Below are positions 1 to 12,802 of a stretch of DNA of 64,000 bases, one piece after another. Where the stretch lies: the NCBI RefSeq assembly GCF_009914755.1, contig NC_060929.1, one strand, 5' to 3'. Source of the DNA: the human T2T-CHM13v2.0 reference genome, Homo sapiens. The number at the start of each line of letters is the position of its first letter. Position 1 is the first letter of the stretch. The notes under the pieces were generated by a model that saw only the letters and a list, made by a program, of their open reading frames with translations, was not told the DNA's origin and made no database searches. The translations under genes were made by a program, and so were the position numbers.

Positions 1-324
1 TCATTCTATCATCAGGTTTGTAAGAGTTTCTCCTTGTCAATTTCTTTATCTACTGTTAGAAATTTTATTTCTTATCCACAAATTAGTCTTACTCTAGAAT
101 TTATTTCCCTCCCTCCCAGAAGTATACTCTCCCAAGTATGAGTTGTAATAATTTCATGGGGGCTCAAGAAGGACAGTGCAAATTTGGCATTCACACTCCA
201 AGTCTTAGAGAAAGATCTAGAATGGGTGTGGCCTTGACAAGCCTCATCTCTAAAAGTCTCTCCAATGGTGTGAGTTGCAGATGGGCATCCTTAATCTTAG
301 TGTTAAGTGGGTAGCTGTTGGATT

Positions 325-419
325 ACACACACACACACATACTCTCTCTCACACACACACACTCCCTCTCTCACACACACACTGTCTCTCACACACACAC
401 GCACACACACACCACACAA
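325..419. repeat. Compound (CA)n/(CT)n microsatellite
   Basis: Alternating acacac/ctctct runs read directly; these explain the His/Thr-rich ORF 275..481. Confidence 0.95.
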
Positions 420-1993
420 ATGCATACACATCTCTCTTCTGGGCAAATAATGTTCAGGGACAGGAAAGACTAAATCCATAAGGAAGAAGAGAAACGAGTT
501 TCTTCCCTATAATTTTCAAGGCCACTGTTATCCAAAGTTTGTTCTGGTGGTGTTAACATTTTTTTTTTCATTTACTTCCTCATTTCTAAATTGCATCTCA
601 TAAGGCTACTGGGTATAAAGTAAATAACCAGTTCAGGTGTCTCATTATACCTGCTTTCTTAGCTGTATGTGACCAAACCAAAGTGTATACATTATTGCTC
701 TTAAATAATGCACCATTCTCTTTTCTGATCTTGGTGGCAGATGTTAGTGAAGAGGCAAGGAGAGGGGAATAGATTTTATTTTTCTAGTAAACAATTATAG
801 AACTGAATTTCTTTGCTTAATGTACATATGGGGGTAATGTTTGTAGTAATGGTCAAATAAAATTTGTTTTTTAGGATTAGAAGATAAAGACACTGTGTGC
901 TTAAGAGTATAAGGTAACTGCTAAGCTTGATATGGAATTTTGGCTGTGCAACTAGACCTCACCTAACACAAATATAGCAAAGAGACCAATTATATGCACT
1001 TTCTTAAAGGATAAAATTTTGTTTAATGATAGATTTAATTATTGATAAAGAAGTAATGGGTTGTTTGAAACTATCAAAGCCTAGAGATTGTCTATTATTC
1101 TGTTATATTGAAGAGTATTTATTTTTCATTCTTCTTGTAACTTTCCCTTTTATAGAAATATTATTGTTTAATTTGTTTACTTTTTTTACATGCAAAAACA
1201 TGGAAAGAGCAAGGACATTGACTGGCTGGCAAATGTCAGGGCAAAAGTTATATATAATTATAGCTTCAGATGATGTCTAATTTTCCTATAGCAAGCAGCA
1301 CAAATCCCTGAAATCAGGACCAAATGCAATCTAAATTTTATACTTGGCCATAGAGATATAAAGTTCCTTTGATAGTATATCATCCATTAAATCTTTTAAA
1401 AATGTTACATAAAATATAACTAAATTTGAGATTTTCACCTTTAGTCTTTTATTCTGGATGAAGGTCAGATGTAAAGCTAAATTTTTATTTTTTACTCAGC
1501 TATTGATTTTTAGAAATTTATATTTCTTGTCATTCAGTGTGGGATAAATGCATACATATTTTATCACATCTTTTCTTGCATTAATATATTTTTGTGTGTG
1601 TGGAAAACTCTTGCCCTTCAGTGATATATATCCTGACTGCATATAATTTTGAGTGTTTTTCACATAACATTCTCAAATTTTAACTCTCTGGTCTAGTAGT
1701 TTACATATTCAAGGCAGATGTTATTTTAAATGGTCTGGCCTTATTTATGGGTTGAAATGCGTGGGTTTCTGGTACAAAGTAAATCACTCACAGATATATC
1801 TTGTGAAAATGAATAAAAGACTAAAATCAAGTATCCAAGCCTATACCCTATGCTATTCAAATGTAGCCAGTTAATATATGTTAAGCACCTATAAAGATGT
1901 TGTCCTAAAGTCAAAGCTCAAGAATTGCTATGCTGAAGGAGCTGTGATTCCTCCACACCCCAGATAGTTGTAAAATACAATTATGAACTATTG

Positions 1994-2115
1994 CAGTGGT
2001 TTTCAACCTAAGCAAAATCTATGGAGCTTAAAAAAAATCCCCATGCTTAGGCTACTCCTCCAACTAATTAAATCAGAAGATTTAGGGGTGAGACTCAGGA
2101 ATCAATTATTTTCTA
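1994..2115. mobile_element. MER5-like hAT-Charlie DNA transposon fragment
   Basis: CAGTGGTTTTCAAC terminus followed by GGAGCTTAAAAAAA...CAACTAATTAAATCAGAAGATTTAGGGGTGAG, resembling the MER5A consensus. Confidence 0.7.
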
Positions 2116-2830
2116 ACATTTTATTTTGTAAAAATACCAAGCCTACAGAAAGTCTATAGGAATAATAAATCAACGCTCACACTCCTTGCTCTACCTCACT
2201 GTTTATATACGTATTAATATATTTTTTATTCTGAAACATTTGAGAACAACTTACTCTCAAATTATACAATTTTATACTCAAATATTTCTGCATGTAACTC
2301 CTAAGAACAAAGGCATTTTTCCATATGAATACAAACCAAGCTGGGCGCAGTGGTTCACTTGGAGAGGCCGAGGCGAGCCGATTAATTGAGGTCAGGAGTC
2401 CAAGACCCGTCTGGCCAACATGGTGAAACCCCGTCTCTACTTTAAAAATACAAAAATTAGCCGGGCGTGGTGATGCATGCCTGTAATCCCAGCTACTCGG
2501 GAGGCAGAGGCACCAGAATTCCTTAAACCCAGAAAGTGGAGGTTACAGTGAGCCTCAGTGAGCTGCGGTGAGCAAGATTGTGCCACTGCACTCCAGACTG
2601 GAAGATAGAGCCAGACTCCATCTCAAAAGAAAAAAAAAATCAAACTAAGGAAATTTAACTTAACAATAACATCACAATTATATAATGCACAGATAATATA
2701 TATCTTTTTTCAAAATTCTCCACTCACTTCAATTACATCCTTCATAGCTGCTCTTTTAAAATCAGGATCCAGTCAAAGATTCACACTTACATTTTTTTGC
2801 CTTGTCTCTTTTTTCTTTTCCTTTTTTTTA
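2116..2830 (-). mobile_element. Old L1ME/L1MC-type 3' end fragment, split by an Alu
   Basis: TTTATTTTG...CCTACAGAAAG and AATCAGGATCCAGTCAAAGATTCACAC motifs typical of old L1M 3' UTRs; heavily diverged. Confidence 0.55.
2339..2639 (+). mobile_element. Alu (AluS-type) with a 5' internal deletion
   Basis: Dimeric Alu with A-rich linker (TAAAAATACAAAAATTAG), A tail and an imperfect TSD (AATACAAACCAAG / AATCAAACTAAG). Confidence 0.95.
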
Positions 2831-2929
2831 AATAAAAATTTATCATCTTTGATTTGATTTCAACGGAATGCCATAATTCATATCATGTGATGTAAGTATA
2901 CTCATAATTGTAAATATCATTTATAAAGT

Positions 2930-5510
2930 ACTTTTGTTTTTATTGATTTTGTTTACTCTATTAATTTTTAATAGGCAAAAATTGTACATATTTATTATAT
3001 ACAACATGATATTTTGAAATATGCATATATTGTGCAATAGCTCAATAGAGCTAATTAACATAAGCATTACCTCACATACATATAATTTTTTATAAGGAGA
3101 ACATTTAAAATCTATTCTTTCAGCAATTTTCAAGAATATAATAGTTACTAACCACAGTCACTGTGTTTTACAATAAATTGCTTGAACATACTCCTTCTAC
3201 CTAACTGAAATTTTGTCCTTTGACCAACATTTCCCCAACTCCACCCTTCTCCCTCACCCTCAGCCCCTGATAAACACCACTTTCTTCTTTATTTCTATGA
3301 ATTTGACATTTTTAGATCCTACATGTAAGTGAGATCGTGTGGTGTTTGTCTTTCTGTGCCTAGCTTATTTCACATAACATAATGTTGTCCAGGTTCATCA
3401 ATGTTGTCCCAAATGGCAAGATTTCCTTTTTGTTTTTTAAGGCTGCGTAGTAGTCTACTGTGCTATATATCCCACATTTTCTTATCCATTCATCTGTTCA
3501 TGGACACTTGGGTGGCTTCCATATCTTGGTTACTATAAATAATGCTGCAATAAACATGTGACTGCAGATATCTCTTCAAAATATTGATTTCATATCCTGT
3601 GGATATATACCCAGTAGTGGCATTGCTGGAACATATGGTGGTTCTATTTTTAATTTTTGGAGGAAACTCCACACTGCTTTCCATAATAGCTCTACTAATT
3701 TGCATTTCCATCAACACTGTGGAAGGGTTCCCACTTCACATCCTCACCTTCCCTATTATCTTTCATCTTTTTGATGATAGCCATTCTAACAAGTGTGAGG
3801 TGATATCTCATGGGGTTTGAATATCCATTTCTCTGATGATTAGTAATGTTGAACATTTTTCATATATCTCCTGAACACTTGTATATCTTCTTTCTAGAAA
3901 TATTTATTCAGGACCTTTGACCATTTAAAAAAATCAGGTTATTTATTTATTTTGCTATGAGTTGTAGTAGTTCCTCATATAGTTTGGATATTAATCCCTT
4001 ATTAGATGTATGGTTTGCAATATTTTCCCCCATTTTGTAGATTTGTCTCTTCCCTCTGTTGATTATTTCCTTTGCTGTGCAGAAGCTTTTTACTTTGATG
4101 TAATCCCGTTTGTCTTTTTTGCATTTGTTGCCTGTGCTTTGGGGCGATCTCCAAAAAAATCATTGCCCAAAACAATGTCCTGAAGAGTTTTCTCCCAGTA
4201 GTTTTACAGTTTCAGGTCTTATGTTTAAGCCTTTAATCCATAATGAGTGGATCCTTGTATGTGAGTTAGGGGTCTAATTTCAGTTTTTCATGTGGATATA
4301 CAGTATTCCTAACACCATATACTGAAAAGACTGTTCTTTCCCCATTGTGTGTTTTTGGCACCTTTGTTGAAAGTCAATTGTTTGCAAATGTGTTGATACG
4401 TTTCTGGGCTCTGTTATGTACTGTTGGTCCATGTGTCTACTTTTTATTTTATTTTATTTTATTATTATTATACTTTAAGTTTTAGGGTACATGTTTTCTG
4501 TCACCCAGGCTGGAGTACAGTGGCGAAATCTCAGCTCACTGCAAGCTCCGCCTCCTGGGTTCATGCCATTCTCCTGCCTCAGCCTCCTGACTACCTGGGA
4601 CTACAGGTGCCTGCCACCACACCTGGCTAATTTTTTTGGATTTTCAGTAGAGACAGGGTTTCACCGTGTTAGCCAGGATGGTCTCCATCTCCTGACCTCA
4701 TGATCTGCCCACCTTGGCCTCCCAAAGTGCTGGGATTACAGGCGTGAGCCACCACGCCTGGCCCCATGTGTCTACTTTTAATACCAATGTCATGCTGTTC
4801 TGACTACAATAGCTTTGTAGTATATTTTGAAGTCACATAGTGTGATGCCTCCAGCTCTGTTATTTTTGCTCAGGATTGCTTTGGCTATTCAGGGTCTTTT
4901 GTGGTTCCATACACATTTTTAGGATTTTTCTATTTCTGTGAAAAATGTCATCAAAAGTTTGATGGAACTTGCATTGAATCTGTAGATTGCTCTGGCCAAT
5001 TTGGACATTTAAACAATATTAATTGTTTCCTTCCATGAATATGGGATATCTTTCCATTTATTTGTGCCTTCAATTTCTTTCATCATTGTTTTATAGCTTT
5101 TATTGTATAGGCCTTTCATCTGCTACCTTAATTTCATTAGTAAGTATCTTTAATTTTTTTTTTTTTTGCTATTGTGAATAGGATTGTTTTCTTGATTTCT
5201 TTTTCTGATAGTTCATCATTAGTGTGTAGAAATACTACTGATTTTTACTTGTTGATTTTGTATCCTGCAACTTTACTGAATTTAAAAAATTAGTTTTAAC
5301 AGTATTCTGGTGGCATCTTTAAGATTTTCTATGATTAAGATTAGGTTGTCCGAAAATAGGGACAATTTATTGTCTTCCTTCTACTTTGGATGCCTTTCAT
5401 TTCTTTCTCTTGCCTCATTGCTTTAGCTAGGACTTCCAGTATTATGTTGAATAGAAGTGGCAAAAGTGGACATGTTTGGCTTATTCTTGAACTTAGAGAG
5501 AAAGCTTTCA
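2930..5510 (-). mobile_element. 5'-truncated L1MA (about L1MA5-8), 3' UTR plus ORF2 3' part
   Basis: T-rich tail at about 2930, L1MA-type 3' UTR, then continuous degraded ORF2 sequence; interrupted at 4445-4763. Confidence 0.9.
4445..4763 (-). mobile_element. AluY body fused to a short L1PA2/3 3' terminus (chimeric retro-insertion)
   Basis: AluY diagnostics (GCAAGCTCCGCC, GCCATTCTCC, GTTAGCCAGGATGG). The 3' end reads ACATGTACCCTAAAACTTAAAGTATAATAA plus an A-rich tail. TSD CCATGTGTCTACTTTT at 4429-4444 and 4764-4779. Confidence 0.9.
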
Positions 5511-5689
5511 TGTTTTATTAAGTCTGTTCACCTCACCTCAGTTTGTGTGTCTTCTCCAAATCTCACTTTTGGAAATTTTGGAAAACATTTATTCCTAAAA
5601 TTATCTTTGTAGAAAAAGTACTTTTCACACTTCTTGCCTTGAAATTCATAAGGAACAAAATTCCTGTGACATTATTTATTTTAAAATAG

Positions 5690-6180
5690 AAGCCTGATCA
5701 TATGCCTCTCCTATGTATTGGTCCTTTATCACCTTGGCATGGCATAGAAGGCCTCTACTTGCTTTGCCTCAGTTTCCAGTCTCCACTATGCTGCATCCCA
5801 TGCTCCAGACATTTGGAATTACTTGCTGTCATATTAGCCTCTGTGGATTGACAAAGACTGTTGCCTTCACCTGAAATTATGTGACCACACTTGTTTTACT
5901 CAGCATCCCAAATGCAGCCCTTGTATTGACCCCTTTTGTTGACACCACCTTCAGCAAGCACAGCTGATCATTCCTAGTTTTTTTTTTCCTCCATAAGTAA
6001 CCTTTCAATAGATGTGCCTCTACTGGGGAATTTCTATTGGGTTTATTTATTCCACAGTGCCTTCCCCTTTGTGTCATGAGCTCCTCGAGGGAAGAAACTT
6101 TCTTAATTATTTTATTTCTGTAGTTCTAAACCTAGTGCTTTACACATAGGCAGTGCTCTAAATATCTGACAGCTGAACGA
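5690..6180 (+). mobile_element. L2 3' end relic
   Basis: Degraded L2 3' motifs (GAGCTCCTCGAGGG..., ACACATAGGCAGTGCTCTAAATATCTG). Confidence 0.55.
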
Positions 6181-6272
6181 AAGCTAGCAGACACAATTAT
6201 TAAATAGTGGTAAGAACCTAGTTTTCAATAAAGAGCTAGAATAATATTTCAGTCCTTAAAAACAATGCTTCT

Positions 6273-6587
<315 letters not shown>

Positions 6588-6621
6588 TCATTGGTTTGGC
6601 CATATCTGATATCACATATTA

Positions 6622-8812
6622 CAGGTATACCTCAGATGTATTGTGGGTTTGGTTCCAGATTACCACAATAAAGCAAGTCACATGAATTTTGTGGTTTCCC
6701 AGCACATACAAGTTTTGTTTATAACTATACTGTAGTTTATTAAGTGTGCAGTAGCATTATGTCTAAAAAAAGTACATAACAATTAAAATACTTTATTGCT
6801 GAAAAATGCTAATGATCATCATGAATCAAAATCTTTTTGTTAGCGAAGGTCTTGCCTCAGTGTTGACAGCTGACTGATCACAGTGGTGGTTGCTGAAAGT
6901 TGGGGTGGCTGTGGCAATTTCTGAAAATAAGGCAACAATAAATTTTGCCATATCGATTGACTCTTTTTTTCACAAGTTTTCTCTGTAGTATAAGATGTGA
7001 TTTAATATCATTTTACTCACAATAGGAAGTTTTTTGAAAATTGGAGTCAATCATCTTAAACTCTGCTGCTGTTTTATCAACTAAGTTTATGCAATATTCT
7101 AAATTCTTTGTTGTCATTGCAACAATATTCATGGCCTCTTCACGAAGAACAGATTCTTTCACACGAAACCACTTTCTTTGTTCCCACATAAGAACCAACA
7201 TCTCATTGTTCAAGTTTATCATGAAATTGCAGCAATTCTGTATCTTCCGGCTCCATTTCTAATTCTAGTTCTTTTGTTACTTTTACCACATCTGCAGTTA
7301 CTTCCTTCACTCAAGTCTTGAACCTCTCAAAGTCATTCATGAGGGTTGGAATGAACTTCTTCCAAATTCCTGTTAATGTTGCTATTTTGGCCTCTGGCCA
7401 TGAATCATAAATATTCTTGATGGCATCTAGAATGGTGAATCTCTTCCAGAAGGTTTTCAACTCACTCTGCCCAGAAAAAGAATCACTGTCTATGACAGAT
7501 ATAGCCTGTCAAAGTGTATTTCCTAAATAATAAGACTTAAAAGTTGAAATTACTACTTGATCCATGGGCTGCAAAATTGACGTTGTGTTAGCAGACACAA
7601 AGACAGCATTCATCTTCTGGTATATCTCCATCAGAGCTGTTGAGCACATTGTCAAAGAGCAGTAATATTTTAAAAGAAATATTTTTTTTCTGAACAGTGT
7701 GTCTCAACAGGAGGCTTAAAGTGTTCAGTAAACCATGCTGTAAACAGATGTGCTGTCATCCAGGCTTTCTTGTTCCATTTATAGGGCACAGGCAGAATAG
7801 ATTTAGCATAATTCTTAAGAGCCCTCTGATTTTCAGAATATCAAATGAGCACTGACTTCAACTTAAAGTCACCAGCTGCATTTACCCCTAACAAGAGAGT
7901 TTGCCTGTCCTTTGAAGCCAAGCATTGACTTCACCTCTCTAACTAGGCAAGTCCTAGAGGCCATCTTCTTCCAACAGAAAAATGTGTCATCTATATTGAA
8001 ATGCTGTTGTTTAGTGTAGCCACCTTCATGAATGATCTTAGCTAGATCATCTGACTAACTTGCTGCAGCTTCTACATCAGCACTTGCTGCTTCATCTTGC
8101 ACTTTTATGTTATGGAGACAGCATCTTTCCTTAAATCTTATGAAACTACCTTTGCTAGTTTCCAACTTTTTTTCTGCAGCTTCCTCACCTCTCTAAGTCT
8201 TCATAGAATTGAAGATGGTTAGAGCCTTGCTCCGGATTAGGATTTGGAAGAGGGGCTGTTGTGGCTGGTTTTATTTATTCAGACCACTCAAACTTTCTCC
8301 ATATTGGCAATAAGTTTGTTTCACTTTTTTTTTAATCATTTGTGTATTCAGTAGAGTACCACTTTTAGGTTCCTTCAAGATCTCTTCCTTTGCATTCACA
8401 ACTTGACTAACTGTTTGGCACAAGAGGACTCTACCCATTTCAGCTTTTGACATATCTTCCTCACTAAGTGTAATTATTTCTAGCTTTTGATGTTAAGTGA
8501 CAGACCTGTGACTCTTCCTTTCACTTGACCACTTAGATGCTATTGTATGGTTATTAGCTGGCCTAACTTCAATATTGGTGTGTCTCAGGGAATAGGGAGG
8601 CCTGAGAAGAGGGAGAGAGATGGGGAATAGCTGGCTAGTGGAGCAGTCAGAACACACACATTCACCGATTAAGTTTGCTGTCTTCTGTGGGTGTGGTTTG
8701 TGGTGCCCCAAAACAATTACAATAGCGACATCAAAGATCACTGATCACAGATCACCATAACAGATATTATAATAATAAAATGTTTGAAATGTTGTGAGAA
8801 ATACCACAATGT
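6622..8812 (-). mobile_element. Near full-length Tigger1 (TcMar-Tigger) with a decayed transposase
   Basis: TA followed by the terminus CAGGTATACCTCAGATGTATTGTGGGTTTGGTTCCAG at 6620. ORF 8271..8453 (MSKAEMG...QTVSQVVNAKE) and ORF 7013..7222 match the Tigger1 transposase N- and C-termini. The distal terminal region is missing. Confidence 0.92.
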
Positions 8813-9229
8813 GGTAGTGCACTTTATTTTTTAATATACATTAAAATATTCATAACAAAAATTTTAAAGACAGCTTGTCTCTAAAAATCAACTGTCTTAA
8901 ACATACTTTTCGGTCGCAATAGTACACATATTAATATTTTGAAAAATTTTTCTAATATAAATCTTTGGCAATTCTTAAATGCCTTCAGCCACTGCACATT
9001 TTGTAGCTACAAAGCAGATTTTATAATATCTGAGTTTAGAAAACCAACAAAAATTTATAGGCCAAATGAGTCTCCTATTGTTGATACATAATGTTAGGTT
9101 CAAGAGATAAATTGCCTTACCAACATTTTTACTGGGCCATCACATTTTTATTAGCCTCATCTACTCTTTGCAATATCACAACAGTGTTGCTGTAGTGGCA
9201 GGCAAAATCATCCAGATGTTGCCAGATCA

Positions 9230-11030
9230 GTCAATCAAATCATTCAATCAACTAAAGCACACACAGTTATACACATATGTGTATGTTAGGTCACGTGCAG
9301 AATACATAAAACAATAAGCTCAACATTTGCCTTCAAGGAATGTAGAGTTTAATTGCATATATTAGTTGTATTAAATCTTAAAGCTCTTAATGAGATGGTT
9401 AAATATTAAGCATCATACATAATAAGAATATGGAAGTTTATAATAGGGTAGCATAACTATTATCAGCTAGATAAGTCAAGCAAGCCCTCTTGGTTGAAGT
9501 GATATTTGAGCTGAGAATTATAGAATAGAGATTTAGATAGGCAACTCTGAAATAAAGAGCTACAATAGAAAATTGTGTGTGCTCAGTGGATTGTGAATAG
9601 ATTCATTCGATCAATTAATTTACCCACTCAGTCATTTCATTGTGTATTAAACAACTATATAGTGAGCACCTGGCACATAGCAGGTACTCAAGCAGTCAGT
9701 GGAGATAAAAAAGATCAACGAAATAGGCACAGTCCTTGCCACAGTGGAATTACAATATGGCAGGGTCAGGCGAATGGGAAATGAGTCTGTAACTTGACTA
9801 CAAGGACTTGTAGGCTGTGTGAAAGAGTTTTATCTTTATTGTAAGAGCAATGGGAAACAACAGAAGGTATTTTAAGCCAAGTGGTGACATGATTAGATTT
9901 GTCTTTTGAAAATAATTCTGGAGGTAATTGAACAAAATGTATTGGATGCTGGTTATAGTGGATATGGATCTTTGGAGGCCAGTAGAGAATAAAATCAAAG
10001 GATGATGGTATTCTAGACAAAAACTATTGTGGTGGACCTGGAGAGATAATAGAAGGAGGAATATATTTAGTAGGTAAGAACAATATGAATCAGTGATAAA
10101 TTGGATATGTGGGATGAGCAAGAAGAAATGTCAAGGATAACTCTTGGGTTTTTGACTTGCACATTAACATTTTTTCCTTCATTTCAACTTTGGTGAATCT
10201 TGACAATTACGTGTCTTGGAGTTGCTCTTCTCGAGGAGTATCTTTGTGGCGTTCTCTGTATTTCCTGAATCTGAATGTTGGCCTGCCTTGCTACATTGGG
10301 GAAGTTCTCCTGGATAATGTCCTGCAGAGTGTTTTCCAACTTGGTTCCATTCTCCCCGTCACTTTCAGGTACACCAATCAGACGTAGATTTGGTCTTTTC
10401 ACATAGTCCCATATTTCTTGGAGGCTTTGTTCGTTTCTTTTTATTCTTTTTTCTCTAAACTTCCCTTCTCACTTCATTTCATTCATTTCATCTTCCATCA
10501 CTGATACCCTGTCTTCCAGTTGATCGCATCGGCTCCTGAGGCTTCTGCATTCTTCACGTAGTTCTCGAGCCTTGGCTTTCAGCTCCATCAGCTCCTTTAA
10601 GCACTTCTCTGTATTGGTTATTCTAGTTTTACATTCGTCTAAATTTTTTTCAAAGTTTTCAACTTCTTTGCTTTTGGTTTGAATTTCCTCCTGTAGCTCG
10701 GAGTAGTTTGATCGTCTGAAGCCTTCTCTGAACTCGTCAAAGTCATTCTCCGTCCAGCTTTGTTCCGTTGCTGGTGAGGAACTGCGTTCCTTTGGAGGAG
10801 GAGAGGTGCTCTGCTTTTTAGAGTTTCCAGTTTTTCTGCTCTGTTTTTTCCCCAATCAAATGGAAGCTAGAACTATCAACTGATAGGGAACAGCAGAACA
10901 GAAAAAAATTAGATCTTGAGTTCTCTTTGGCTACGTCCCAGCTAAGGTATCTCTGAGACACCCAGGAGATGAATTTAAATATATTTATATACTTATAGAT
11001 CTAGAACAAGGAATTATACATTTGTGTATT
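9230..11030 (-). mobile_element. L2 fragments, split by an L1 ORF1 piece
   Basis: CATTCATT-type tails, GTGAGCACCTGGCACATAGCAGG, GTAAGAGCAATGGGAAAC...GTGACATGATTAGATTTG, GTCAAGGATAACTC. Confidence 0.7.
10164..10854 (-). mobile_element. Isolated young L1 (L1PA2/3-like) ORF1 fragment with no 3' end or poly(A)
   Basis: ORFs 10469..10855 (GKKQSRKTGNSKKQS...) and 10184..10402 (KRPNLRLIGVPESDGENGTKLENTLQDIIQENFP) are L1 ORF1p; many CpGs are retained. Confidence 0.95.
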
Positions 11031-11034
11031 ATCT

Positions 11035-11533
11035 GTTATGTCATTTATTCATTATGTCAAACCAGAATAAGATGCTGATTTGAAGTTAGGAGTGCAAGAA
11101 GTTTATTGGTCAGGGATGTAGAAGGTTGATAATACCTATGAGAAAGATAAAGGAGAAAACATGATTGGGCATGGGAAGCTATCAGACCATGGTGCTAATC
11201 TGACATCAAACAGGAAAGGAGCAGAATTGGGCAGCAAGAGCCTTAAAGTGTGATGTAAATACGACAGAGTCCTGGCCAACTCAATTGTGATCCCCGGACC
11301 AAAGACTGGCCATTTAATAAGTCTGTCATTGGACAGACTGGGTAGGCCCTGGTACACCCACTGTGCTCAGTCATTGGCTGGGTGTTTGCCAAGAAAGTAT
11401 GGTCTTAGCTGAAACACTGTGGTGAATTCAGAAAGAACTGCAGTGGAGATGTCACCTAACAGTCCTCTTTACTGCTGAATGACAAGTCCTTTCTTGAAGG
11501 GAGATGTGAATGGCACACCTTCCTAGTTGTCAC
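11035..11533 (-). mobile_element. ERVL solo LTR, LTR33-like
   Basis: GGAGTGCAAGAAGTTTATTGG, GGAGCAGAATTGGGCAG and CTCAGTCATTGGCTGGG resemble the LTR33 family; ends in ...GTCACA. Confidence 0.6.
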
Positions 11534-12699
11534 ATCTAGTACAGATGCAAACTGAAGACAGGCATGTGGAAGAGATACCCTAGCAGAAAATTCAGTGTGA
11601 GATATTTGAAGTAGGATTTATTAAAGAATGGTTGTATTTAGGTGAACAGTGGAAAAGTTAGATGAAAACTATGTTTTAAGTGTTCCAATGACAAATAAGA
11701 GGTTTGACTGGTACATCTATATATTTATCTATTTTTCAAATTGTTCTAAGGTATAATTGAATCAGTCTCTACAACTGTGTCCTGTATAATAATAACATAC
11801 ATTTAAAACAAATGATGAAGAAACCCGGAAAAAAGAATGAATGTAGGGGGACAATGATATAGAAGGAGCAAGCTGTTTCCAAAATCATGTCACAAAATTC
11901 TATACACTGAATTAGAAGTAGGTGCAAACATGGCTCTAAACTAACTGCCAATGCAAAGAAGAAAATATGATTTGCAGTGTCTATAAGACAAAAATTCATT
12001 AATTCTTTAAGAGAAACTCATTTTTCTGATACTGAGATTAAGAAAAACCTATAGGTCTTAATGAAGAGCATACCACATAATGTAAGGGGTAACACAATCA
12101 TCTTTACAATAAACACTAGAAAGAGATATACAATCCTATTCTCAAATTTTCTGCCAGGTTGACTAATGCAATTCTATGTGGGGCCCTAATGACTAAGTTT
12201 AATAATAGATTTAAGAGAATTAAGAGGGGACAGATGAACTGAATGTCCTATAGACACTCCAAAATGGATTAGGATTTAAATCACCTCATGAAACCTGAGG
12301 ACCCTGTTACAGAGACATGACTCAGAGTGTAAGAACCACTACTTCCCCATATAATTGGCCTGAGGGGTTATCAGTGAACCAAATTAATAATGTAATTAAG
12401 GAGTAGATTTTGTATCTTTGTATATATTGTACAAATAAGAGCTCCTTGCCAGGTCTTTGACTGGGGCTTCAGAAATTTCAGCATTGGAAAAATGTAAAGC
12501 AGATAGTGAACCAAATATTTATCTCTGTTTTTTAAAAAATATTTAAAAAGAAAACCCTTAATCTCAATGAAGTGTTCATAGGACATCTAACCTATTATAT
12601 TTCTAAACTTAACCTTATGAAATCCTCACAGAAAATCTGTATTTGAAATTTTCTCTTGATTACAATTTTCTCATATAATGATTTAAAATTATGTCAACA

Positions 12700-12802
12700 A
12701 ATTATTTGATTCTTCCTTCAAGAGGTGGAGGTTAATTCTGCTCCTTCTTGGATTTGGTGACTTCTTTCTAATGAATAGAATAAATCCTAAGTGATGGTAT
12801 GT
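12700..12802 (+). mobile_element. MLT1 (ERVL-MaLR) LTR fragment
   Basis: CAAGAGGTGGAG...GATTTGGTGACTTCTTTCTAATGAATAGAAT motif. Confidence 0.5.

Noticed and set aside
275-481. His/Thr-rich 68-aa ORF
   Set aside because: It is the translation of the (CA)n/(CT)n microsatellite.
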